In this document: piece by piece, positions 27,330 to 40,489 of the stretch
Layout of the letters: every line of letters begins with the position of its first letter
Position numbering within the stretch: the stretch's first letter is position 1
NCBI GenBank assembly: GCA_032718475.1
Contig: JAUCBJ010006371.1
Location: 40,395-104,394, forward strand
Direction: 5' to 3'
Origin: Nemertoderma westbladi
Lineage: Eukaryota > Animalia > Xenacoelomorpha
DNA length: 64,000 nucleotides
The notes under the pieces: model-generated
Databases searched by the model: none
Told to the model about the DNA's origin: nothing
Seen by the model: the letters and a program-made list of their open reading frames with translations, nothing else
Program-made: the position numbers and the translations under genes

Positions 27330-28948
27330 TTACAAATGGCGGCAAGCAATTTTCAGGCGATATAGATTGTCATTCAAAACAATTAAAAGTTAACGCTGTC
27401 TTTCGTTTATGAACTAGGTATATGCTGCTGTAGTTGTTGTAGATAATGCAATTCATCACAAACAGACAAATCATAACCAATTCGCATTATATCAATTGAA
27501 TATTAGTTGTTACATACAACACAATTAGAAACAAATGTACAATACATTTTCTAACTGATTGACAGCAAATTAAGACTTTCAACAGACTTGATGGTCATTT
27601 GAGAAAAAATTACAGTAGCTAAAATGACTACCGGTAGTGTAGGCCTACCGTTACCGCTTACCGGTAGTACCGGTACAAACTGAAACAAAGTAATCGTAGC
27701 AGCTACCGGTATAGCGGTCCAAAGTATCGGCAGCGGAAAGTAAGTGAAGAACGGCAACTAAATTGATGTATTAGGAATATTTAATAGGAAATATTGTTAC
27801 AGCTACACCAGTACACGTACTCGCTGTAGTACAAATGATTAAACGTACAACTAGTAATTCCCACTCAGTTGGAAATTATCTTGGATCGATCGGTGCTGAT
27901 GTATCTAATATGCCGTTGAGCTTTGATGGGTGCTGTTTTGATATATAATATTCAAATTAATTTGAATAGGGCCGATAGGGTGAATCTGCCCAATTCGAAA
28001 ACAATCAAACCTTTTTTGGAATTTGATTCTTACTATGAAAATTTACAACCTCTCTACTCTCAGTCGATTAAAGGTAAAAGCGTTTTTGGACCTATTAAAT
28101 CCAGAATAAATACTACAAAGGAGTATATTGGCCAATTATAAAATAATATTAAAAGAAACAATAATTCAATAGATTTGACTGATACAGTTCAAATTAAATA
28201 AAAGCAATAGCTGTAATTGTTAGAAACTAATACGAATATTTACAGTCTGACAGTTATAGTAGCCAGCGAAACGCTAAAGTCAAGTCTAATGTTTGCAAAG
28301 ATCTGAAACACCGCAGTGATTTACGATATCATGATAACACACAAGCCCACGCATTGCGTAAAATGTAAAGTAGTTAGTTATCTAGTGTGGTAGAATGTCA
28401 ATAATGCTGACTACCAGAATATATAAATGCAATAGGATGATGGCGACGGTGAGTTTCCAAGAAATATACTATATATATGATGGACTCTGTGTCTGCAAGA
28501 AATATCCTAATATACTATGCTACACTGCCAATGTCTGCTAGTATTTTGTTATGGTTTATGTATTTTTTAGCTCTAAATTATTGAAGCGGCGAGTTTGAAA
28601 AGACCTAAATCTGTAAATGGTGTGTAAACGCTATGCCGACAACCGACAGCCGACAACCAACGCCGACAACCATTATTAAAGCTAATTTATGTTATTTATT
28701 AATTATGGAAAGGAACAGGTTACAGTGGAAGGTTATTCTAACCAAAACAATAAACGAGAGTGACGAACTCCCGTTACATTTTCATATTTTCCGTTGTCTG
28801 CAGTGGTTGTCGGTTGTCGGCTTAAATGGTAAATTTGCAAGTAAATTTTTTCTTTACCTATGTAGTTTTTAAAGCTCTACCCGCCAGTGAGAACGGCCCG
28901 TGTGAAGAATACCAGACTTTCTGCCGTTATATTTCACTTTGCAGTTTA

Positions 28949-29173
28949 CCCCATGTGAAGAATACCAGGTTTTCACTAAAACCACAGGTTACAGAAGGGC
29001 TGAATTTAACCAAAACAATAAACGAATTAGTATACGTACAGGTTATAAGACATAAATAAGCGCTATAAAACACTTAATAAATATAAATTAAAAAAAAAAT
29101 AAAAAATCTTCATATATAAAATTCCAATAAAAAGTCGACCGAAAAGTGAAATCCTGGTATTCTTCACGTGGGC
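28949..29173. mobile_element. Short MITE-like element with inverted ends
   Basis: CCCATGTGAAGAATACCAGGTTTTCACT is inverted as AGTGAAATCCTGGTATTCTTCACGTGGG. A partial extra copy of the end lies near 28897. Confidence 0.5.
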
Positions 29174-29916
29174 AGATTTTTAAGTAAATAATAAGTTTTT
29201 TCGTTTTCCTGAACAATTGTTTTTTGCAGATAGGCCCTTTTCGAACTAGTCGCTTCAATTGTCATACTTCTAATTTTGTCCCTAATGTGAAGGTTAATTA
29301 CAATACATTATCGTCTACACATTAGCATAAGTAAAAAAAACCTACAAACTATAGCCTACAAAATACGAAACCAAACAACATGAGCAAACAGAAATACATA
29401 CTGTTATATAAAGATATTATATAATTATTATATGCGAATAAATTATACTGTAACTTCAACATCGTTTATAGAGGCTTGTTATAGACAAACATGTGGTGTT
29501 TGAATATTTCCAAGCAAATTGTATAGCTAATAAACTTTGACCTTTCGTGCCCTATTAAAGGCAACAACATGAAACATGTGTGCAGGGCTACAGGAATGGA
29601 ATGAATGATGAATTATTGGTTTTGAATTAGGTAGGCCTATCTAAGTTTAGAAGTTCGGTAGAATTAGGATTGATTATATTATTTTAGTAGTTAGGATAAC
29701 TTTGAAATAACCACCATACAACCAGCGGAGACAATGTTTTTACAATAAAAATGACTACTTACAGTACAGTATATATTATTATGGAGTACACTGCCATTAA
29801 ACAGAACGTTTTCAGATTGAAATCTACGTCTGGGAAGCCTACGAATTCTTCACATATCACATGGGCGTGTCATTGCCCCATTGCGAATTATTATGAAACG
29901 AATAAATATCATAATA

Positions 29917-30187
29917 AACAAGCGCAAAATCGCCCAATGGTCCGCGTCTACTAACGCATTAACTGTCTCCTTGAATGGCTTACAGTACTACCAATCTTAC
30001 TAACAAAAAAATCACCGGAAATTGGGATTGAACTCGATACCTAGAGATTCCAAGTCCAACGCTCTACCAACTTCGCCACTGCGTCGTATGAAGCCTTATA
30101 AAAAACCTAACTGGAAAATTAACAACAACACCAACAACAACAACAACAACGTTGTGAATACTAGGACCTACACGGACGAAAAAAAAC
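29917..30187 (-). mobile_element. Helentron-associated (HINE/DINE-like) non-autonomous element with internal tRNA-like segment, copy 1
   Basis: Homologous to 32849-33108. Has an ACAAG end with hairpin, a GGTCCGCGT subterminal repeat and a (CAA)n microsatellite. Confidence 0.55.
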
Positions 30188-31139
30188 GGCTAAATGGTAA
30201 TCAATGGTAAAATCGCAAAAGACAATTACAATCCGCGTAAAATATAAATAAAAAAAATATCCACTCTTCATGTAAATTTCGTTTACACAAGTAAGCTAGT
30301 TAATAGAAGCGAAAATAAATCAATAATGTTAACATTTTCCCACTATGTCTGACTAAACACTAACCGTACCGGTACCTCCCTCCTGGCTTGGCTTAGTCAT
30401 TAAGTAATGAATTCAAGATTAACCACCCACTATCATCACACAGCAGGGAAAATCACACAACTGTCAGACACCTCGGAGTGCAAATCCTAGTCCAAATTTA
30501 TAAAGCTTACTTCTGCCTACCGCACACCTACTTAGATAACAGGCCAGACTGACTCTATAAATGGGAAACACTAGCTTTATTAGTACCGGTATTACCGGCC
30601 GCCAGTATAAATTATTTTTATGAATCGGGGTAGCTGGAAGCGTGGCTGGTAGGCTGCTTCTACACTGGCAGTTTGATTCCGGCTCAGCCCAGTGGTGGAA
30701 GCAGGACGCAGGAGCAGGCATCCTTGAGCTATGCAGGCGGGGAGATAAACTTTATTGGGAGTGATGGGAATAGGCAGCTGGGAATGGAGATCTTGTAGGA
30801 CACCTAGCGCCCATAACGCGTGTTGAATATTAGTTTTCGGAAGTTTTTGTCTTTATTACTGTATTACTATTATTAATGAATTATTTATAATTAATGATAA
30901 GATATAAAGATTATATTTTATTTTTAATTGCTTACACAGTACTGAGTTAGAGTTACGTTATGTATTTTATTTTAGTGTGTTATTATTATTACATAACAAT
31001 TAACAATCCATCACATACAAAGCCATATTTTAATATATAAGATAACATCGTCAATATATGGAATTCTATACAATATATAAAAGTATAAATATAAAATTCA
31101 AGTCTCATAATAAAGTTATTTAAATGGAAAGAATGATGG

Positions 31140-31600
31140 ATGTGGTTGCTATGGCTACAGGTACATTAAAAATTAAAATACACAGTTGAGAAAACACAAC
31201 ACTCATCTAGATTGGAGTTGTGATTATGAACGAGAACACACAAAAGCAAACCTAGTTATTTTTAACTAATATATCATGATGCAGATGACTTAAAAATTTC
31301 AAATTCTAATTTATGCCGGTTGCCATGGAAACATACAAATTAAATGAAAACCTTGTATTTAACATATATTTTTCCAAATGTAGTACATATAAGTAAATCA
31401 TTTTCTGGAAATCTCCACCGTCACAGTTAAGGGGTTATAAATGTCATATTAAGTTCTGGTTGCCTTGGAAACGTGTACTTGATGCCACCATGTCTGATTT
31501 CCAAGTGGCTAGCAGTTTTTTCTTCCACAGTGACCCCAAAGGAACGTTTGTACCAAATTTCATGCTTGTATCACAATTTGAATGATTCTGCCTAAAACAC
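31140..31600. repeat. Probable interspersed repeat remnant with three GTTGCYWTGGMWAC (X-box-like) palindromes
   Basis: GTTGCTATGGCTAC ~31145, GTTGCCATGGAAAC ~31319, GTTGCCTTGGAAAC ~31459. Confidence 0.35.
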
Positions 31601-31892
31601 CACATTATTCTGCCCTTCTACTGTTTTAAATTAAATTTACAATAATAACAAAACTAACATGATTTATGCCGTTCACTCTAAATTTCTTGCGAATAGCATA
31701 ATACAAATTATATTTAGGTGGCGTGATAGTAAATACTAGTGATTGTTTAAAGTGGGCAGTAATGAGCACTATATTTTTTGCTATTCCATATACCCATGCT
31801 TCACTGTACTTTTTAGATACTGAAACGGAATTAAGTACAAGCCAGAACATTCAAAGAATTTATTACTATTTTTCAACATGTTTACTAAATTA

Positions 31893-31987
31893 TACCTACT
31901 TATACTTACACTTACTTATACTACTTATACTTATACTTATACTACTTATACTTACACTTACTTATACTACTTATACTTATACTTACT
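31893..31987. repeat. (TACTTA)n-type microsatellite
   Basis: Directly visible. Confidence 0.85.
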
Positions 31988-32848
31988 GTACTGAAATATT
32001 CACTGAAAATGGCTCCATCACAAATATAAGTAAAAGTGAGCAAGTTTGAAACTAACAGTTATGTCGGATGAGGACAACTAGGCCCTACTATTTATATAAA
32101 AACTTCATGATTTCTCCCAACTTATTCCCAACTGTTAAATAATTGATTAGCTGGCAAAGATTGTTGATCTGAAAACGCCGAATTCAGAGGAAATACAGTA
32201 GACAGTCACACTCGTCCTGCTATCTAACTTCTTGCAAAGATAACAATCTGCCACCAGTGCAGTGTTCCTACGCCAATGCCAAGGCTACATCGACAATTAT
32301 TTCGCACAAACTGCAGTAGTCGTCTATTATTTTATTAATGGATTCCTAAATGTGTAGCCTACAGAAGCTAACAGAATAGTTTGCATTGAATTGGTTGGTG
32401 GATAGGTTGATAACTGAGTTAGTTTGACGGGTAGGAGGTAAATTTGATCTCTTTAGGTCTGCAACTTATTATATGAGAAAAAAATATACACGTACGAAGT
32501 TGTTAGATATTGAGCTGACTGAACCCAAAATACTTAAAACAATTACAGTACATAGTAACATACTGCACGAGATTCAGAAACGACGCAGCTCAGAGGGGGT
32601 ATTTAACTGTCGGTGAAAGGGAATAGACCAATTAGGGCATTAATGTCAAAGGATAATTTCTTAAATTATTTGTTTCTTTTATTATCAACTGTGTTTATGA
32701 GCGATAATTTTTGGAGCCTTGCCTTGCGGATACAATAATAAGATAATTTTCCTGGTAGGGGCCTACTGACAACAGAGATCGATAACACTGTGGCAAAACA
32801 GTTGAATGTATTGTATATGTATAATAAGCGCTAAAGAATCCGTTTCAT

Positions 32849-33108
32849 AACAAGCGCGAAATCGCGCCAAGGTCCGCGTCTACTAACGCATGAACTGTCT
32901 CCTTGAATGGCTTACTCCCAATCTTACAACAAAAAACTTTCATCGGAATGGGGGATTGAACTCGGTACCTAGAAATTCCAAGTCCCACGCTCTGCCAACT
33001 GAGCCACTGGGGCCGCATTCAATCCTTAATACCAAAACCTAACGAGAAATTAACAACAACAACAACAACGGAGTGAATACTAGAGGTATCGCTACGCGGA
33101 CCTAAAAA
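32849..33108 (-). mobile_element. Helentron-associated (HINE/DINE-like) non-autonomous element with internal tRNA-like segment, copy 2
   Basis: AACAAG end, hairpin GCGCGAAATCGCGC, subterminal inverted repeat GGTCCGCGT...ACGCGGACC and a (CAA)n tract. The minus strand has A-box TGGCTCAGTTGG and B-box GAGTTCAATCCC. Confidence 0.6.
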
Positions 33109-34295
33109 CCCCAATATAAATTATAAATGCGGGTATTGTGAGAGGATATTAAAATAATGGTTCTATATGTAGATATCAATCAGTACTGAGTAAACTCAGT
33201 ACTGAGTTTATTGTAATAAGGAATTCAGTCAGCAAAGAATCACAGACAGTTACGGGGGGGGGGGGGGGCGACTTCACGCAAATCCAATCTCGGCTAATTA
33301 ATATTTCGTTTCAATGTTAAATGGTAAAGGGACAACTGCATATAGACATATATATATCTTCTTCTTCCGAGCACTTAACTTAATTCAAACATGGGTGGTG
33401 GTTGGTATTTTGTTATATATGTCAGACCGATAGAGCAGATTGCACTGTGCATTATTTCATTATTTGAATTGTATACTTCAATTTCGATAAATTTGAAATC
33501 GTTCTATAGTTTGTCATAGCTATTTTTTGTTGTGATATATTATTCTTAGGCTAATTACTGTTTGTTAAACAATTTTAGCGTTAGCCGAACTTCTTTTAAT
33601 TGAAGGCATTTAACAAGTTGGTGATGACAAAGTTTTGAGTGGGCATAATATGTTTCAAATGAACTAGTTCAGCAACGTTGTTGAGAAATATACTCTTTTA
33701 ATTTCACTTAAAGTATTCTTAGTTAGGGAGGGTGCATTACTAAATCAGGGGTGGCATCAGAAATGTAAACTGGAAGTCTACAGTATCGAAGACATTCCCG
33801 GTGGGTAAGTTACGGTTATTATATAAAAATAAACCATTGGAAACATCTATAGAAAATTAGAAGCCGAGTGAGTATGAGGTACTATATTTTATATGCTTGC
33901 GAGGTGTAAAGTAGCTCTTTTAAAATTTTGTTTTTATGCCTAAATGGTCGGATAATATTGCGTCCGAAAATAATGTTACAAGTAGAATTAAGCACACCAA
34001 ATAAAATTGTTATTATTATCATCCGCGATTAATATATCAGCGCCTCATTGATCATGGAATAAGATTACAATGGCGGTAACGCCACAAAGTAGTTTATCAA
34101 TCAAATAACAAGAGCAAACAATACTAAACTCACCTTAATAAACTTAATTATTACAATAGTACTATGTAATAATAAACGAGAGCCCTAAAACCAGGTAGGT
34201 ACTACTGTATTAGTCTATGGCCGACAATAACCATTCACATTTATTATGATTGGGCGCTAATTAAAACTACATTAAACACATCCCTCCTTTCTCAG

Positions 34296-37200
34296 TTAAA
34301 CGCATTCGTAAAACTTGTTGAGCTGGTTGGCATCTTCAACTGTTGGTAAGTGATTCCATGGAATGTAGTCGCCGTCAATAGTTACCATGCTGTTACCATT
34401 GGTAGCGAAGGCCCCGCTGTAGTATTGCATAACGGATTTTGTTTCATATGGACTTCCCAAGGAATTTATTGACTGTTTTCGGAATGCAAACCTAGAATTA
34501 AATTAATCACAAATGGACATTGAATTGATAATTACTCCAATTGGTTTAGTTTAGACTAAACGTTATACTATTTTTTAATTATTTGTAAAGTCTTAAGTTT
34601 ACTATAGTTACTTAATTTATAGGTATTTTGTAATAAAAGTCATTAAAAAAAATTCGTCCAATGTAATTACATAATAAATAAGAATATATAAAGATTATTT
34701 ATTTATTATTTTATAGTTCCTACTTTAAATTTTCAGGAATATTCTCCCACAGAATTCTAACGTGGTTGTCTCGATCCGGACGGCTCTGTTCGTGGAAGAA
34801 GCCGGCGGCATGGAGGAACTCGTGGATCGCCGTTCCTTTGCTATGGCAACCGTATCCTAGCGACAAGTTTTGAGACCCGCCATTTCGTCCAACCTAAAGA
34901 CCGAGTTGGATATTAAGTCGATTACAGTAATTATTATTAATATTGTGATTAATACTGTGGGCATAACGCGAATTTAGTAGCAGTGTTTGCATATGAATGG
35001 GAGAATCTTTTAGGCTCGTTAAGCCAAGGAATCCCTGTTCACCACCATGGATGATCTTCCACGGTTAACCCTTCCACTCACTCTGTTCCAAGTTACCTTG
35101 GTTCCCATTTATTGACCAGTTAAGGATGAAATCCTGGGTTGGGCTATGCTGCAGAATTTAAAGTACTGTGTCCAAATCGTGCTGCCTCTATCTAGGGAGC
35201 GAACCAGGGCTTCTAATTGGAAGCCCAGGAATGTAACCACTAGACCAAGCGGGTGCTTGTATGTATTCTAAAGATAAAAAAGGTTGGTACTTACATAAGA
35301 AGTGCAGCCGCTGCCAAGAACAACGTTAACGTAGTCGGGTTCATTAGTTCTCGGCACCAGTCGTATACACGTGTACTGAGCGAACCAAGCCTTGGCCTGG
35401 TCGACCGCATTGCGAACATCTCCGTTAGAAGTTCCATAAGTGTATGGAATTGCGTAATACTATGGAACATACAACAAATTGCAATTAATAAAGGCACCCA
35501 TCAAATACTGTAATAATAATTGGTTGTACTCGTTGCAGACTAATTATACGGAAACAGTAGCACTGTACAGCAGCAGTAGGCCTAAGTGTACTGCCGGTAA
35601 ATGAATCTTCGCCTTTTCCCGGAAAAGATGCAAAAATATTTTGAGGTATTTTTTTTAAAGAAATATGTAGTTTGCCTTTGTTTCCCTCGGTGGGGAGCTA
35701 CTGTAGGTCTATTTGAAGGGGAAAAAGTGCAATCTTATTGGTGAAATGTTGCTTACAAATAGAGTAGGTAAAGAATTTTACAAATCTACCTGGGGGGGGG
35801 GGGGGGGGGGGGTCTTTACGTCTCAGGGCCACGCTTTTGAGCCTTGGATCTTTGTTTTGTAGACACCCTTACAACTACAGTAGTATCTAATGCAAGTAAA
35901 ATTGTAATTCTGGTTGCTTTGATCCGAAATCGGTATCTTATCTGATGTCTTACGTACCACTGGTATGCTATTGATGTACCACTGATGGTACTGATTATTG
36001 ATAGTAACAATGTGTTAGCAAGCTGTATTTTTCGAGGTGTTTGTTATTATACATTTATTATAGGAAGGGATCTAGGGGTCTTTTCAAAGAACCTGTGGCC
36101 TAGTAGTTGTAGTGTCGGCTTTCACCTCGAGGTCCCAGGTTCGAATCCGACACCACGCTGATGAGACCCAGTAAGGTCGAAACGCGTACGTGGTTTGGAG
36201 AGATATGAGATATTAATTTCAAGAAAAATTACGCGATTCCTAAATTTGTACACTACCCGGTTAAAAAGTACGCATGTGATGGGATTAGTCCTGCAATTGC
36301 GCCAATAAAAGATAAGTTATTTTCGGTAAAATAAACTTATCATTCGAGGTAAAGACCCCTAGATCCCTTCCTATAATAAACTGATGGTACTGGTACACTC
36401 ACCTTTGGATACAGATATTGCGTCCATCGAATACTTGGATATGCAGAACTTCCACGACCAAGAATAGCGTCTTCTATTATGGTTCTCGTTTTCTTTGCGA
36501 GAATAATATCTCCCTGTTGAAAGTTGGGACAAACATTACAATTTACATAATTTATGTAAACATTTTAATATATATTTATATCACTGAAGACGTGTGTTAA
36601 TACACGAAATGGCCATATGATAAAAGGAATTTGTTTTACCTAGAATCGTGCCTTAGACCCTTACAACACCAATATAACTCCTCGATTTTACTGTAACTCT
36701 GTCACATTTTAAATTAGTTTTTAATTTGAAAGCTTTGGCTATAAACACCATTACTGTTTAGTCGAATCTTAATGATCCCTGCTCTAAGATATTATATTTT
36801 TTCATTATCAACCTTTTATAAGCTATAAACCCATACTGTATTGGCATTGTGAATTATCCTGTCAGCATAGGCGCCTACGCTTAGCCTTTAGCTTGATAGT
36901 CTGCCACACGCGGTCCCGTTTAGTTTCCATTATTTGGAGTTATCTTACCTACTCGGCCTGTGTAATGTGATCGAAACGTGACAGCATAACCAACCAGTGG
37001 CCTTGGCCAATTACTACCCTGCTTTCACTACGGAATTACATACTTGAGTACGGATCCGGATTTTCATTTTTTAAGGTATAAAAGGCGATGATTTTGTATT
37101 TCCTTCACTTTTTGCGAAAATGCGACTGTGACTTCCTGTGACTGCGCCATTTACTGCGGTAAATGTTTTCTGAGCTTTTAGAGCATTTTGATTTAAATTT

Positions 37201-38738
37201 ATGAATTTATGATTTATGAATTCCACCAAATCTGATAATTGTTACTAATAATCGAGAACTCATATTATTCCAACTATTTCAACTACTTAGGCGACCAATA
37301 CGGAATCTCACTTTAAGGTCATTCCCCTAAAAGGGAAAGGCCAACCTTTATACAGATTTTCGTCCACCCTTCGAACCCTAACGGGATGTGTCCAATAACC
37401 CACTCCCATTCTCACCCTTCACCCGCCGCATCGCACCCCCAAATCACGCAGCTTCGTTCACAATATTTTAACACAATAATTACGCACTTGGAAAATCGCA
37501 TTCGGATTTGATGCTTCCTGAAATGCTATGTATGTCACGTATTGACAATGAGGGATACAGTAGTTGCTGCTGACATTCAATATTAGCCGATATTAAGTTG
37601 GCCTACAGTACTGTCTTCGGAAATCATACAACCTGATAAGGCAGTTCTTCTCCCTCAGTTACGCATTCACATATTGGGCAACCGTGTTCGTTGTTCTTCC
37701 ATCCAAACAAGCAATCCACTCCGCATTCATCAGCTACAAACGTCGAGTCTTTACAGTTATCAGCTACAGCAGGATCAAGTTGGTGTTGTAGTTGGTTTTC
37801 TACAGTGAAATAAATATTCAGCCAGGATTTTTAAGGGTGGTGGAGGAGGGGGGGGGGTGCGGTGATGGTAGTAATTAAATACAGAAATGTCGCATATAAT
37901 GCATAGTAGCGGGGGGCCTACCTACAGTATACTTGATTTACTTTTAATACTGAGCTAAAATTTTGGACAGTAAAAAATGAGAGACTCGTTTTATACCAGA
38001 CAGAAGTAATACATTCATTATTAAGTATTAATTTTATTTAAATTTTAAAAATTAACTTCAATTTGCTCTACCGATAAGACTATAATATGTATATAGGTAC
38101 AGTACAGTAGGCCTACTGTACCTCCACATTGTTCACAAATAGCGTTATGGTCGAAATTGCCTCCCTGTGAAATATCCCCCGTCATGATCGCCCAGCGCGT
38201 AGTGCCTCCCCGGGCAAAATTGCCTTGCAGAAGTGTCCCCTTCCGAGCCAAATGCACGTACCTCCATTGTAACTAGTAACTGAATAACTATTCTTGTCGT
38301 ATTCTTGTTTAAATCACCCATTGTATATGTTTTTTGTTAATATTCTATCAGTTTTTTTTAAGTTTTTTGCACCGTATAATTACATAGTTTTGGTACAACA
38401 GTACTTTAGCCTAACTTTTAATTGGCATAATAATAATAATAATAATAAATGTAACCTGTTCCTTTCCTTCAATATGTAACTAAATCGTTCATTTTTTGGT
38501 TAGAATAGCCTGCCAATTTTTATTGCATTGCATTTTAACAAGTTGTATCGTTATAGCGATCCTGATACAGTACGTACAGTATACTGTATTGCTTCAGAAT
38601 TAATTATCCAAACAAAGACATTTATCATTGAAAGGTTGTAATGTAATTGTAATTTTTTTAATGTAATTTTTTGGTATAATATAACTTACCGCTAGCTGAA
38701 GCAAGACAACAGAATGCAAGAATAACAAAAAGTTTCAT
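34296..38738 (-). CDS. Secreted astacin-family (M12A) zinc metalloprotease, 285 aa, with an antistasin-like Cys module in the prodomain
   Basis: Six GT-AG exons with consistent phases: 38738-38690 (signal peptide MKLFVILAFCCLASAS), 37799-37633, 36513-36403 (YQ|GDI aspartate-switch motif), 35459-35295 (TCIRLVPRTNEPDY...GSGCTSY), 34893-34724 (HEFLHAAGFFHEQSRPDRD) and 34491-34296 (Met-turn SVMQY...LNKFYECV*). Total 858 nt. Confidence 0.92.
34993..35250 (-). mobile_element. tRNA-derived SINE, copy 2 (in astacin intron 4)
   Basis: Colinear with 12172-12430. A-box TGGTCTAGTGG, B-box GGTTCGCTCCC. Confidence 0.75.
36092..36150 (+). promoter_or_regulatory. tRNA-derived (tRNA-Glu(TTC)-like) internal Pol III promoter
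   Basis: A-box-like TGGCCTAGTAG, anticodon-loop-like CTTTCAC and B-box GGTTCGAATCC. The acceptor stem is not intact, so this is not a functional tRNA. Confidence 0.65.
36147..36198 (+). ncRNA. Minimal type I hammerhead ribozyme
   Basis: Stem I ACCACG/CGTGGT, core CTGATGA (36158-36164), stem II GACC-cagtaa-GGTC, GAAA, short palindromic stem III (ACGCGT) and cleavage triplet GTA (36186-36188). Confidence 0.85.
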
Positions 38739-40489
38739 CGTTAAATTTGTCTACAGTGATATGGTAATGTTTATTTGTGACCAATAGTGTTGTCGAGGTT
38801 GTTGAGAAATACAACTTTATTTTTATACTAGAATAACCATTTGAATTTCTACTATATTTTTTGCGATAAAATAAATATGGCAAGAGATAAGGTTTGCATT
38901 AATTAGTAAGTTGAATTCGTTCATTGCAGTTTGTCCAACCAATATAGATAATGCAGCAGTTTAAATTTCAAAAAGCATCTCAAATTGTTTTACTGAATAG
39001 GCGGCTAATACTTTGAAGAAGCCGCATAATGCTAATTTCCCAGGATATTTAAGTTTATTCGGTTGATGACCCCTTAAACTCATGTTCTAATTACTTGAAA
39101 AAAAGATTAGGATTAATTAACTTTAATGCCAATGTATTGTAGGCCGCACGTTCTGTACGTTTATTTGCCGTGCCGAATCCGCGAATCGCGTTTGTTCTTG
39201 ATATCTTAATAATGGTGGTGATGAAAGGTTTTAATTTAGTACCGATCACTTAGTAAGGAGTTTACGGCAGCCATCAAGGCTCATAATGATATCCGAAAAG
39301 AAGCGACTTATAAAGCATCACATGTGAAAACATGTGCATCTTGGTAACGCGCATTATCTTGTCAGGTATTTACTTTTCGTTCGTAATTTTATTGAAGTTT
39401 ATGACGAATACGTATTTGTAAAATATATTTAAAATCTTTTTAAATTTATTTTTTAAATCGTACGATCCACACCTCCATGCATGGTCACGCTTCCGCCTTC
39501 CACAAACCTACGTTGGTGGGGGTGCGTGGGGGGCAGGTGCATATGCGTTCCCGTAGATCAGAGAACACCTTGTCTGTGATTGCTCTGTGACTAACAACCA
39601 TCAAAGCGATGGTGCCTACTGCGTCTTTGTCAATTCTGGACATCCATCAGTAAATGTGTACTTCTAGAAACAGCTTTGCTGCAATATAATTGACGCGGCA
39701 CGTCAATTATGACGCGCCTCACCGACAGTGCCGCCGGCACTGTCGGCAGCATTGACTGTCAAGCATTATTATACTGTTCACAAAATTACGAAATACTTTC
39801 ATTGCGTTCGTTTTTTCTAACAAAGGCTCTATTTATGTGAAATTAAGATTGAAGGCCTACTTTTTTATTCGGACGTCCCTTCGTCATTCGTCCCATTATC
39901 TAGAACCCTCGACCCAATATGTTTATTTATTTATCTTGAGTTTATGAGTTTGTTGTGGGCCATCGCCACATTACTGCATTAATTCGGTCATAATTATGCA
40001 AACTTTCTGTATTTGCTAGGAACAAATATCTAAAGTACTTTTAGTCAAAGCTGTAAGCCTATACTACACACAGACTGTCGGACACACTACAGTACTACCA
40101 GAGACTACTGAGTACAGGAGTAGGCCTACTGAGCTACGGTAGGTATATAATAATAGCTGCACTGATTTGACTGCGATAGGCACCGTCTGACCGGTACTGC
40201 GGTATGCACCTTCCACAGTCTGCGGTCTGAGAGTACAACTAACAGTGCAGTTGCAGAGTTGGTTATATCGTGTTTCAGCTTCAGGGCCTCATTTTATTTA
40301 CCTGTTTCTGTGTTTACCGGTCTGCCACTGGCTGACTGGCGGTGTCTTCCGTTGTCGTTATACAGTGTACTCTACTCAGTACTGGTACTGCAGTACTGGT
40401 GTACCGATTTCCGCCTCACTTTGCACTTTACTGTCAGTCCGGTAACGTCGCACCTGCTGACTGTCAGACTGTAGGACTGTCTGATACAA

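Larger units (their letters stand above)
36054..36380. mobile_element. 327-bp element bounded by perfect 30-bp inverted repeats, containing a tRNA-like Pol III promoter and a hammerhead ribozyme
   Basis: TTTATTATAGGAAGGGATCTAGGGGTCTTT (36054-36083) is exactly inverted at 36351-36380. It lies in astacin intron 3. Confidence 0.75.

Noticed and set aside
30464-30815. GC-richer patch with short open frames
   Set aside because: No recognisable protein motif or consistent splice signals.
36092-36160. Functional tRNA genes here and at ~12360-12430, ~30020-30085 and ~32950-33015
   Set aside because: A/B boxes are present, but acceptor stems and cloverleaves are broken and each lies inside a repeat element.
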